DNA of 64,000 nucleotides. It comes from a virus. The notes under the pieces were generated by a model. The model worked only from the letters and a program-made list of their open reading frames with translations. It searched no databases and was not told where the DNA came from. This document shows, in pieces, positions 41,195 to 54,300 of this stretch; position 1 is the first letter of the stretch; each line of letters opens with the position of its first letter. The stretch is taken from IMG/VR virus record IMGVR_UViG_3300028833_000003; one strand, written 5' to 3'. Both the position numbers and the translations under genes were made by a program.

Positions 41195-42259
41195 ATCACT
41201 TACTCCTTCTGTTGTGACCATAGCAAGCATATCTGGATAAGCTAAGTCTCTCGTTAATTTTTTCCAATCAAACACTTTAGTATTTAATGATTCCCATTTA
41301 GAAGTTAAATTTGTAATAAAATTATTAATGCTAGCATACTAATGTGCAGCATTTTTAATTGTATGTAATGTGCCATTTTCTAAATAGTTATAATCAGCAT
41401 TATCATCTATATTCGTTGTATCAGAAAATTTTGCATATTCTTGTTGATAGTATGCGGATAATCTAGCATTATCTTCCTATAACCAAGCAATACATTGCTC
41501 GCGAGTGTTTTCTGTATAAGCCGGATCGGCTTCAATTGCACGTCCAACTTGCGCGACCAATATTTGTAATTCTGATAACGTATAATATGGTGCATGATTC
41601 TAACTCAAATTATTAACAGCATTAGTTAAAGCAGCATATTCGTGGTGTATGCAATCATAAATCGTATTCACATTATCAAAAGCGATAAAATTATTCATAC
41701 GCTATTGAATAATAGCAATTTTTTCTTCACGCATAGTTTCGATTATACGAGTACATTCATATGGAGTTATACCCCATACATATTCTTTATCTTGATTCTA
41801 CTCATAACGATGCTATTTTTTTAATTCAATATCTTCTTCTGCGTTGCCTAAAGCCGCTAAATCAGCAATATAAACAGGAACACAACCAGTTAATAAGCTA
41901 TATAAATCTTCAACCTCAAGCGCAGCAACCTAAACGAAATCATCAAAAGGCCATTTAAAATTATACGCCGCACTGCTACCTGTCATTAAACGACTTACAA
42001 TGCGTTTCTAATTGTCCCAATTATTCTATGGAACTAAAACTTGTACCTATTCGCCCGCGAAAAATGACTATTCTGAGTATGCTTCAAAACGAGTATTTTC
42101 ATATTCACAAGTGTAAATATTTTTATCCTCTTCCGAACGCGAAATGATAGTACAAGGCGAATAAGTTTTATCAAATTTTAAATCACTTAATGCTTTTTTA
42201 GTCAATAAATCAACTGCACTTAAAACGCCATTTGCAACACTATCATTAAAATTAGCCAT
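41195..42259 (-). CDS. hypothetical distal-tail/baseplate protein
   Basis: ATG at 42259 follows AAAAGGAG. The frame was checked open, with about 11 TAG, down to tandem TGA TGA at 41192-41197. Under code 11 only 63 codons are visible. Confidence 0.65.
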
Positions 42260-42301
42260 ATCTTCACACTCCTTTTACTCTATAACTCTATAACATAATG
42301 T

Positions 42302-42335
42302 AAAAAGGGCCGGATTCTTTAATAGAATCCGGCCC
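42302..42335 (-). terminator. rho-independent terminator after the TMP gene
   Basis: On the minus strand: GGGCCGGATTC-TATTAAA-GAATCCGGCCC followed by TTTTT. Confidence 0.85.
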
Positions 42336-42342
42336 TATATTT

Positions 42343-45300
42343 TTATCTATAATTATTAATATATTGTGACGCACGATTATTAAGTTCATCAAACGCCGCA
42401 ATAATTTCGTTTCTATCAGTTGCATTCGGGAACTCAGCGGAAATATGAACATTCTATTCTAGCCCGCCTAGACCAGAGAAAATGCTAGCACCATTGGCTG
42501 AAACTCCACTACTTGACATAGCGGCAGCCAAACCACCAATAAATCCTAACAAATTTTGAACAGCAGATGTATCAATAGAATGTAACAGATCAATCGTATT
42601 TAGCAAATTAGGCGTGTCTGCCGCATTAAGCATAAGCTCTGGTTTATTTGGTGTGCCATCAACCCAAGCAGGTCCAGTATAATCAACCAAACCGCCAGAA
42701 GCATACCCACTTAATTTTGAATTATATCTCATTGCAGCAGCCTTTGCCGCTTCAATTTTTGATTGCCAATCACTTGAAACCTTTTTACTTTTAGTAGATG
42801 ATACTGTTGTACCGTTAGAACTAGCAACCGTACCATCAGTATAACCAACCATATTATTTTGTACTGGTACTAAACGATATTGAATAAAACCAGTAGCATT
42901 AGGTGTTGCAATGTCTCCTTCGGTACCACCAATCTGCCATAATAATTCTAAATTTTTTGTATTTGCTGCTTCAATAGTAGCAAAAATATCTGAAATAACT
43001 TGTTTTTGTCTATACCAAGCATCAGTCACTGCATCAACTTTAGCCGCTTCATCGCCCAATTCCTCATTTAAAAGACTGACTTGCGATGCAGCTAATGATG
43101 TAGTAGAACCAATGATTTCATCAAAATTGGTCATGTCTGCTAACCCAGTACGATAAAGAGATGTATCTAAAGCATCACTGAATTCTTTTAATTTAGGTAA
43201 TAACCAATCAATCTATTCTGCTAAACTCATTGCCATACTATCTTGTAATTCAATAGCAGCTTGAATAGTAGGATTGATACCTTCTGTTGGGTCTTTAAAA
43301 GCACTATAATAAGCATCGCTATATGCATCCATACAAGCTTCATTATTAGTGGTTAAATTAGCATATGCTTCTTTCATTTGATCGACAAAATATTTATCGT
43401 CTTGTTGAGCCATTTCATGTAATTCACGTAATTTTGCTGCTTTTTCTTCTTCATTCAATAAATCATCAAGAGCAATAGCTTTCGCCTATTCCACATACCA
43501 TTTGCGCTTTTCTAACATTTGTTCTTCTAATTCCCGCACTCTGTCTAATGATAATTCATTAATTTCAATTAATACATCATTATATTCCTGCGTTGCTTCA
43601 TCAACTTTTTCTTGGTCTGCAGTATATTGATACATATAATTACCATTTTCATCTCTTGTTAATCGTACAGTATCTTTTGCGTTCTATGCATCACGTAACG
43701 CTGTCTGTTTTTCTAATAGTTCATACTATTTTTGCATCATATCAACATCATATTGAGTTAATTGACCACTTTTAGCTTTTTGATTAATAACATTCTATAG
43801 CTCTTCATATTGATTCTTTAAAGCCTTATCCATAGTATCTGCCATCGCTTGTTCAATTTGTCTATTTAATTTATTAATATTATATAACTAATGAGCTGTA
43901 TTTAAATATCTATCTTGTACTTCAATGTCACGATCATATTTACCTTGTAAGTAATCTAATGTCGTTTCTCCCATCGCCAATGCTCTATCTAATTCAGTGC
44001 CCATTTCTTCAACATCGGCTTCCCAACGTTGTCTAGCTAAATCCGCCATACTTGTTAAATTTTCATAATAAGTATTTTGTGTATCTTTTAAGCGAGCTAA
44101 TAAACTATAATAATCTGCCTATTGCTGTGCGTCTAAATTTTCTAGACCATCAGCTTCAATAATTTTTTGATCAAATAATTCTTTTTGAGCTAAAACAGTT
44201 TCATATACATCTTTATAAATATTTGCCAATGCCTAAGTTTGATTATATTGTTCTGTCAAATTTGCTCTTGTTGTTGTAAATGTTTTATGAACTCCTATTA
44301 AATCACTAATATCTTTAATAGTCTATAAAGCAGTAATATTCTTATCTAATAAATCAGTATTTCTTGATAATTCGTCATCGTATTTAGACCACATATCTTC
44401 AAATAATTCCTATATTTCTTGACCTTTATCAAAGATGTCTGACATATCATCATTTAAAGCTTCCATAATATCCTATGAATGTTCTGCCATAGTTGCACCA
44501 TCAATTTCGCCTGCTTTAAATGCTTGCTATAATTCATTTAATTTAGTCATTTCTTCATTAAGTTTAATAAAACTCGCACCATCTAAATTTACTCCATCAC
44601 TACCAAATAGTGCCTCTGCTATTAAACTTGCTCTTGTGCTAAGATTAGTTAATATATCTTCGGTACGATCAAGTTGCCCTTCTAATGCATTTAATTCTAA
44701 ATCTGCTAATTCAATTTTCCATTCGTGCGCAGTTTCTACGGTTTCAGCAGTTTTTTCAGAAATTTCATGTTGCTATTCAAGAATTTTTTCTTGATATTCT
44801 TCTATTTGAGCTAATGAATCTTCATAATCTTCAATGACTTTCAACATACGTTGATAGGCATCATCAGGTCCTTCCATCCCGCTTTCTGCTTCATCATCTT
44901 TATGTTCATTATACCAATCTATTAATTTTTCCTAAAGAGCTTCCCAATTTTTAATAGTTCCATCTTCATCAAAATCAAGAGTAATACCAAGCTATGCTGC
45001 TAAGCCTTCAACATTTGATCTATCTTTGCTAGCATATGCCGCAGCTTCATTTAATCGTTCTTGATAATTGTCCATTTGTTTATTTAATTTTTCAATTTCT
45101 TCACGCATCAATTTAACTTTAGTTACACCAAATGCCATTTCTTCTTTTTTAGCGACCTAGCCTAATTTGGAATCATATCGTTTAATTGTTTCATCAACTT
45201 CATGGTAGCGTTTAAGATCGGCTTTGGATTTACCTTTCTTCTTCTTTTTGCCTCCACCGCCGCCGCCTCCGCCGCCACCACCAGGTGCAGAAGGTGCTCC

Positions 45301-48300
45301 GGCGCCAGGTCTTGCTCCAGTAGTACCAAAATCTGGTACGGCAAGACTAGTTGTACCTGAACCTTGTAATTGACCTTCAGCAGTAGCAGTCATAGAGCCG
45401 CCACCTGGCATAGTAACTGTCATTGTTGAAGATGCAGGTACATCAATTTCGTTTTCTCCTGTAACTGTCTTTAAACTAGGAGGAGGAGGAGCTTGTACAG
45501 TATATGTGATTGTGCCATCTTGATTTAATACTGCGGTTATAGCATCTGCATTTTGAATTAAGTATTCTACAGGTATCTATACAGCCTAGCCTGTTTGTTC
45601 GCTTAAAGTTGCACTTAACTAATCTGCTAAACCTTGCATATCAGTTCCCATCATTGCCGCAGCGCCTTGGGCATTTGTTGCTACATACTAAAAACCATCA
45701 CCAACTTGCTAAACTGCAAGTCCCATATCATTTAATACTTCATTTGCTTCATCTAAGTTATCAAACTAACTAACAAATTCTTCAGCAGTTTGTTGAGTTT
45801 TTTCTCCCCACTTTGAAGCTAGACCCATTGTATCCATTAACTATCGCATTTGTTTATTGGTTAAGTTTAAATCTTTTTGCAATTGTCGTAATGCTTTGCT
45901 ATCTTCTTTTCCAAGTTTTTCACCAAATTTTAACCCGTTACCAATTTTGTTAAATTCTGCTAACTGTTCTGTACAATCTTCTATAGATTGACCTGTTTCT
46001 TGGAACATCTCATCTAATTGTTTAGTTAAAATTTTTGCTTCTAACTATTCCATTGCTTCAACAGAACCATTAGCCCATTGTGAAATTAAATCTTTATTGT
46101 CTTTGATAAAATCCATGCCAACTTCTGCATCTTTAAAGAAATTATTAACTATATCTACTAAATCTTGATAAGCTGCCATTTGTTCTTTAATAGATTTTGT
46201 TTGATCATCAATAGTAGCTAAAGACCCATTTTCTTCTCTAGCTTTTTGTAATGCATCTAATGCTTCTGTCGCTTTATTATATTCAACAGCTGCTTCAGAC
46301 ATTAATAACTTGTCATCAGCTTCTAAATCTTGCCATTCAAGCATTACTCCTTCATAAGCTGCAATACTTTCAACATAATTTTCCATTTCTTGTGCTTCAA
46401 TACCAAGCTATTGCGCATAATTAGATAATAAATCTGTTAATGCTTGTACATCACCATGTAATGCCGCAGTCACTTTGTCTCCTGCAAATGCTTCATTAGC
46501 TAAATCTGTACCCAATTCTACTTCATCAGTATTAAATAAAATTGGATGTTCTAATAGATATTGATCTACAGCTTCTTGTTGTGCTTGCTGAATTGCAGCA
46601 GCTCTTTTATTCATATATGCAAGTTCACTTTTTGTAACTGCATTACCATTATCATCTAAAAGTAATAAATCAGGTTTATTCGGGTTACTTATTGGTTTAG
46701 GATTAGTTTTATCAAATTCTGCACCTGCTTGTCTTGCTGCATCTGCTTGTATTCTTGCGATTTGGTCCATCTAGGCCTAATTTACTGCAGTATAACCCTT
46801 TTCCTAAAATTGCTTTAATTCCTCTGCGCTATTAGCGTAATCCTAGTTTTTAACAGTAACTTTTCCAGTCTTTTGATCAATTTCAAAACTACTTGCAGTA
46901 CCATCTTGTAACATTTTCATTGCTGCCATAATCTGTGCCGCTGCAGCAGCCATAGCGGCGGCTAACTGCATGGTTGCACTTTCCAATTGCACTAAACCGA
47001 TAGAAGCAACTGTGGCATCTTCACCAACAATTCCCATGTCCTATAAAGTTTTTAGTACCGCTGCCTAATCTGCTTCTGACATACCTGCGAGAGTGCCTTT
47101 TTCAATCATTTGCTATTGAGCAGTCTATAATAATGTCATTTTTTGCTATTGACTATCTATATATTGCTCACCTTCTTGTCGAGCTTTGTCAGCCATATTA
47201 GTTCGTTTGGTTTCTACTTCTGTAAATGCTGCCGCTAAGATTTCAGCCAATTCAGAATCAGAATGTACATACATTGAGTCTTTTATCAAAGATAATACCG
47301 CCTCGAAATCCTCTTGTTTAAGTGTATAACCTTGCGCAGCTTCACTAACATGATAATTACCAGTCTAATCTGCAAAAACAAGACCATGACGTTCTAATCC
47401 TGCCAAAATTGCTATACTATTTGCGTCTCCGGCTTTAGCTTTATCATTATATTCCCCAATTAATTTAGGATTTAATGATTTTCCAATAACATCACGCAAT
47501 TCACCGGCTAAATATTTATCTACATATTTTCTAACATTTTCATTATATTGATCTTTTGTAGTATCTAAATATTCACCATTTTCACTATTTAAAAATCTTT
47601 GTCGCCCTGATTTATTATAAGTATCAAAATCAAATGGTCTATAATCAACTCTTGCATCAGGATTGTTTATATGTTCTTTAATTTCTTGTAATGTTTTACC
47701 TGCTTCTAATAATGTTTGCACATATGCTGCTAATTCATCAGGACTACCGAACATTGATTCTAAGATACTTTTTCCTTCTGCTAATCCTGCTCTCATATCA
47801 GCAATTGCTTGGAATGTTTGCTCCCATAATTCTAGTACTGCTTGTGCAGTAGCTTGTTCCTAAGCATATATCGCCTGTAAACCACTTGCCCATACATCTT
47901 TAATAGTATTCCATGCTTCTTCAACGGCAAATTCAATTTCCGTTCCGCTATGATTTAAAGCTTGTTGTACGGCAGCTATAAATTCTTCGTTATGATTATT
48001 AATTGCATCTGCTAAATCTGTTGCTCCAACTGTAGCAATTGCAGAATTAACTGCAGCGTCTATATAAGATTTTTGAGCATCAGACAATTTATCACTTTGA
48101 GCATATTCTTTATTACGATAATAATCTTTTTCACGTTCAGCAATTGCTTTTTGCATTTCTTCATTGAAGTTCTCATTCATTTTTACCAAAGCATCAGCCC
48201 GAGCTTGTGCAATATCTTTTGGACGTTTAGAATCTTTTTCTGCCTACGCTTTTAATGCTTTTAAAGCTGATTGATATTCATGTTCAAATTCTGCTGTCCA

Positions 48301-51300
48301 TTCTCTTCCAGGCATTTCTTGTGAAACCAATTGTTTTGCTTTTTGTTGCAATTTTTGTTCTTCATCTTTCCATTTAGCTTCTGCATCATCTTGAACTTTT
48401 TGTTCATAAGCCTTCCAAATTTCCTAATCAGTTAATTTATCTTTATTATCTGGATTGGCAATATAATTATCTCTAAAAGCTGCGTAATCATATAATGTAC
48501 TATACTTTTGATGATCCGCATCAGTACCACCTAACAAGCTATCTAAAACATCTGTAATAGATGTATCTTCAGAAATTTTTCCAATAGCATTTTGAATTTC
48601 ATCTAAAATACTTCGTGCAATTTTATCTCCTAAACCATCAACATTTGGCTCCCAACCAGCAATAGACTATGACAAACCAACTTGTAGACCTTGGATTAAG
48701 AATGGAGCCAAAGCCATAGTTAGTTTTGATGGTGATGCAATACCAAGAGCATGAGCAAATGCTGCAATAATTTCATTACCAATTGGCGCAAAATACGCTG
48801 CCCAATCTACATCTGTATTTTGTAATCCAACAATTAAGCCATCCATTAAATGCATAGCTAATGACGCCGTTGCGGAATCAGAAGATTGAGATGCTTCATC
48901 TAATGCTCTAAAATAATTATTTAAAACATCAGGTGCCAAATCTTTAAAATCATCTGGAGACATGGCTAAAATTTTATTATACATAAGTTGAGCCTTATAT
49001 TTTTGTTCATTTGACCAAGTATTATGGCTACCTTCAGCATTAAATTCGAACATAGCACTTTGTATATCTTGTATACTCTATAAATTATTATGTCGCTATC
49101 TAAAGTTTGTCACATGCTATTTTTCATTATTAGCAATAAATGGTATATCAATTCCACCTAAATAAGAATACATTTTATCAAGATCTTCTGCGCCCTTTTG
49201 CTATAAATTGCTTTTATCCATCAAAGCTTTAACTTTAACAAAATATTCTTGTCCTTGTAACTGTTGTTGAATAGTGTTATTTCCAAGACTCGCATCAGCT
49301 TTAACATGATATTCATTTGGTTTATCTTCTGCTCCATCAATTGCTCCCTATAATTCTGCAGCTAAAGTTACTTCTGTACCATTTGCTAATCTTACTTTAA
49401 TTTCTTTGCCTTTTCCATCTGCTCCTTGTAATATTTGAGAAATTTGCGATTCAATAATACCAACATCTGTTTGAATTTTTAGTTTTCGTGGTTGACCATT
49501 TTCATCTGTTTCCATTTCCCATGCGCTTATTTTAGATGCTAAATTAAATTCTTCGCCTTTATCATCAACGCAATTAATTTTAATATTATGACCAGTTGCA
49601 TCAGTTTCATAACTTTTAATCGTTGCCGCAAAATCTTCGTCATCTTTTCGAATTAAAATAGTTTTAGTGCCTGGAAGCATTAAAGCTGCGACCGTTACCG
49701 TAAAACCTAATGTATTACCTGCATTAATTGCAATTTTCTTTTCCTCTGGAACACTATCTAATAAAGTAGTATAAGTTACTTCAAAAGTGCCATTTTCGCC
49801 ATCAAACATAATAGTTTTATGGTCTGTAGTAATTGCTGTATTATATTTTGCAGTATAAGTACCAAATTCACCTTGGAAAGTAATAGTTTTATCTTCTCCT
49901 GCAATTGCTGTATCATATGTTGCAGTATAGGTACCAAATTCACCTTGGAAAGTAATAGTTTTATTTTCTGTAGCGGTTGCTTCTTTAACTGCAAAAGTAT
50001 AAGTGCCACCATCACCTAAAAACGTAATCGTTTTATTCTCATTCATTATAGCTTCTTTTACTGTATCTGTATAAGTTCCAAATTCGCCCTAAAATATAAT
50101 TGTTTTATTGTCATCTAAAGTTGCAGATGTATAAGCCGCCTAATAAGTTCCATCTTTAGCATAAAAAACAATATTCTTTTCTCCATCAATCTGTACAGCT
50201 TCTAATGAAGAAGTATATTCACTACCTGTTTCACCAACAAATGTAATTATTTTTGAACCAGGATGACTTTCAATAGCAGCAATTGTATCACTGTATTCTT
50301 TATCATCAACAGAAAAAGTTACTTGTCCATCAGGATGTAAATTAAAATTCTCAACTGCCTAAACTACTTCTTTACCATCAACGGTATAATAAACTTGACC
50401 ATCTTGATAAAGCCAAGTCTAAATTTCATCTTCATTTTCCATCTCGGCTTCAACTTCAATTACACTATGGTCAACTGGAGTTGTATCTAATTCTGTTACT
50501 AATCCAACATATTCTTGTTGCCGTTTTTCTAAAGTACTTAATTGCATTAATGCTGCTTCTGTTGCGGCTACCATGCCAGCCTTAATTTGCTCTTTATCTC
50601 CATCAGCATTTTGAATATCTTCAATAATTTCTTTAACTCTTTCAGCTGCAACACCAGCTCTAATTAAAGATTGTTCTAATTCACCAATTGAAGAAAAAGA
50701 TAAATTATCTAATGAAGTTAAATTTGATTGAATGAACTAAATCGCACTTTTAGCCGCGTTAATTTTTTCATCGTCCTAACTAGTTTGACTATCAACTCGA
50801 GACTATATTTGTTCCATACGCTAGTCATTTAATGCACGCTCTTGAGCTTCGATTTTTCTCTACTAAATTTGAACCTGAGTATCATCATATCCTTTTTCAT
50901 CGCGCATGTTCTATAATTCTTCTAGCTTTTGTTTCATTTGTTCCAATCTATATGTTTCTCGTTCTAGATCAGACATTCCTAGCCATTCCTCAAATGAGGG
51001 AGTATCAGCCTTATTTAAGCCCAATAATAATTGATTCATTGCTAATTCAGTATCTTTCCATTTTGTCGGGTCTAATTCTGCACCAGATAACCATTCTAAC
51101 TATTGCGATTTACCAGACGCAGTTTCAATAAATTTAGTTGCAGTTTGTAACGCCGTAGTAATATTAGTATATTCTGCTTCTTCATCACTTAAACTTGTTA
51201 ATAATCCTCTAAAATCACTATTGTTATTTACTGTACCTTTATAAGATATACCCCAATCATTCATATATGTACGTAAAATATCACTTGCAGAACCTGCAGT

Positions 51301-54300
51301 AGCATATTTGTCACCAAACATAGCAAGCATAGTATTACGTGTATCTTCGTTGTTTAATAATTTTCCATTTTCATCTATGTTTTCTGATAAAAAACGCTAA
51401 AAAGTACGCTAATGCTCCCATTGCTATTTAGCCTAATCAACATCTTCTACACCCATTCGTTCTTGCATAAAAGCATTCTATGAATCTGTAATAATAGTAT
51501 TTAAATCTACCATTCCATCTTCATATTGTTGCCACCAATTATCATAACCTGTGCTTATTTGCTCCATTAAAGTCGCCATTTGTGCGGCTTTTTCAGAAGA
51601 AGACATTTTATTCCATTCTTGAGTATTAAAAATTTCTCCTAATCCTAATAAATCACTTACTATTGGTAGCTATGCCGCAAAACTATCTATATCAAATTCA
51701 CCAGAATATCTATTACCCCATTGAGCCAATAAGCCTGTTGCAGTTTGTGCTTTTGCTTGTTGCTATAATAATTGAGGAACTCGTTTGTCCATTAAATCAC
51801 CATTATTATCTAAAAATGGTGCTATATTAGCCATATAAGACCAATCTTTATCAGTAAAACCCCACTGCTCTAATTTTTTCTACGCTTCTTCTTTTGTCAT
51901 TTTTTTATTACGAGTTGTCATTGCAGTTACAGCAGATTCTTTATTAGCAACCGTTGCATCTGCCGCAGCTATATCACTTTCTGATACACCGACTAATCCT
52001 CTGGCATAAGTAGTTACTAATTGACTAGCTTGTTTTTTAGCTGCTCGAGTAATAGCATCATTTTTATTACTATCTATGCCCCAGTCTGCTAATAAACCTT
52101 CAACTAAACTCTCCTATACATCAGAACTCCATCCTTCAACATTTTGTTGTTTTAGCCAATCCTAGCCTTTTAATTCTCTCATACTCTTAATAGCATTAAG
52201 ATATGGAGAAATCATTTCAGTGATCATGTAATCAATATCTTCAAATGATTGATCATGTACTAAAGCTTCTAACTATGATTTCATTCCAGGGTCTTCAATA
52301 GTTTTTGCTGCTTCTTTAATTGCTTGTAGCTAATTATAATAATGTAACAATGAATCTAAATCAGATTCAATAACTAAGTCATCGGCAGTTCGTGCCATCC
52401 CTGTTCCACCCGCGCGCGCACTACCGCCTAAGAATGATTGAATCAAATTATTTTCTTGATCGCCTGTTGCATTACCACTAAGCCAATAATCATATTTTCG
52501 ACTACCAGCATAATCAATATTAATACCATATTGATTAGCTAACATATCTCTTATATTTGCATTCTATAAACTTTTTAATAAACCAGATTGTTTCATATTA
52601 GTATTAAATGAACTTAATATGTCATTATAAACAACTCCGGTTTTATTCCCTTCATTATTATCTCTATATTTGTCTCCCATATTTTCTTTTGCTATTTTAG
52701 TAACCTAATTTTCTAAACCATGTTCTGCGCGTCTAACATCAGATTCTGCAGTTTCAATTTGTTGTTCACGTGCAGCCTCAATAGATTCTTGAATAGCTGC
52801 AGTTAATCCTTGATAATTACCAGTAAGTGCCATAACTGCAGCACCCTAAATGCCTAAACTAGATGCGATATCAGCTAAAGCACTACTATATTCTTGAACA
52901 GATAATGCACCTTCTGCAAACTATTTGTTTAATGAGTCAAAAGCATTACTATTAGTCATTAATTCTTGATTTGATTGTTGATGTTCTTCTAAAATTTTAT
53001 TTGTAGTTTCTGCCATTTTAACCATTTCTTGTTCACGTTTTTCTTGCTAATCTTTCATATACGTAAATACACCAGCAATTGCCATACCAGCCGCTTGAAT
53101 GCCTGCCATCAATGGTCCTTGTGTTGCAAATGTATTAAGTAATGAACCACCTGCACTAACAATAGAAGTTACACCTGCTAATGTATCACCACTTTCAAAT
53201 GACTTCATAATACCTTGCATAGAAGTAAAACCTTGAACTGCAGCCATGGCTCCTTCTGCAACTGTTGCCAAACCCTTAGACAATTTTTGAGCTGCAGCTT
53301 CACGAGCATTCAATGCTTGCTCTTCTTCATCTTCCATATCAAAGCCTGCAGTAATCTCTTCTTGGCCTACCTAACGACCATATTCCTAAGCTCTATGAGC
53401 AGAATCTTCACCAACAATGCTACGCATTTCCTGATAAGCTTCATCTAAGTCATCATCAATTTGATCACGTAAATGCTCTGCAATAACTCTTCCACGATCA
53501 GCTTTAGTAGCTTGATTTTGTTCATTAAAACCAGCACTTTCAAGCCAATCATTCATTTCATTTTCGTCTTGCGGTAAAAAATCACGTACTGCTTGAGCCA
53601 TTGGATTATTCTCATCCATCATAACAGACTCAAAACGCTCTGCAGCCGCTGTACTATCTGTGTCCTCATTAAAAATTTGATCTATCTATTGATTTACTGC
53701 ACCACGTAAAGCATTTCCTCTAGCTTCTTCTTGTACTCTATTACCTAATCCACGTATCGCTGTATTTTGTACATTCTTATCATCTGATTTAAAATCTGCT
53801 ACCATGTCATCAAGATCACTACCACTATAACCCTGATCAGCATAATAATTTAAAGCATTAATATAAGCATCATCACGTAATTTATCAGCAGTACCTGTAC
53901 CTTCTAATTCAACTAAAGAACCAATTGATAATTCTCTACGAGCTTCATCTGTAATATTGGCTAAATTAGTTTCATGACCTGCCATGGTTTGCTAACGCTA
54001 ATTTAAATAATCAATATGCTATTGTAAACGCGCAGCTTCTTGTCCACTCATATGCCCTTGTCGTAATAATAATTCTTGTTTAGCTATCGCACTTTCACTT
54101 CTTGCGTCTGCACTTAATAAACGCATTGTATTTGCAGTATTTGCACTTGTATCTGGTGTTAATTCACTTTCTCGTCTATCTAAAGCGCTATTATATTCCA
54201 TATCTGCCGATCTACGTAAAGTTGTTAGATTATCAAATAAATTTCGCTATTGAGTGCCTTGTGCAAATTTTTGAGCACCATACTAAGAAATTGCTTGCAT

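Noticed and set aside
41407-41595. Minus-strand ORFs in other frames (this one, and also 39210..39395, 5225..5572, 5936..6121, 6302..6511, 6794..7069, 14564..14758, 14954..15217, 17849..18055, 22042..22236, 33518..33706, 45162..45344, 49776..50015, 58114..58341, 63454..63654).
   Set aside because: They overlap the verified coding frame out of phase. Their translations are hydrophobic and low-complexity (Leu, Ile, Met, Val runs), consistent with off-frame reading.
44435-44794. Plus-strand ORFs (this one, and also 54857..55222, 62918..63319, 17664..18008, 50832..51131, 58917..59210 and others).
   Set aside because: All lie antisense to verified long minus-strand frames. They have no SD, and their translations are low-complexity and rich in Ser, Ile, Phe and Cys, typical of shadow ORFs in AT-rich DNA.
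45251-45282. A GC-rich ccgccg-type simple repeat that stands out in AT-rich DNA, which looked like a possible repeat element or recombination site.
   Set aside because: It is in frame in the TMP and encodes a Gly11 run. It is reported as a protein low-complexity tract instead.
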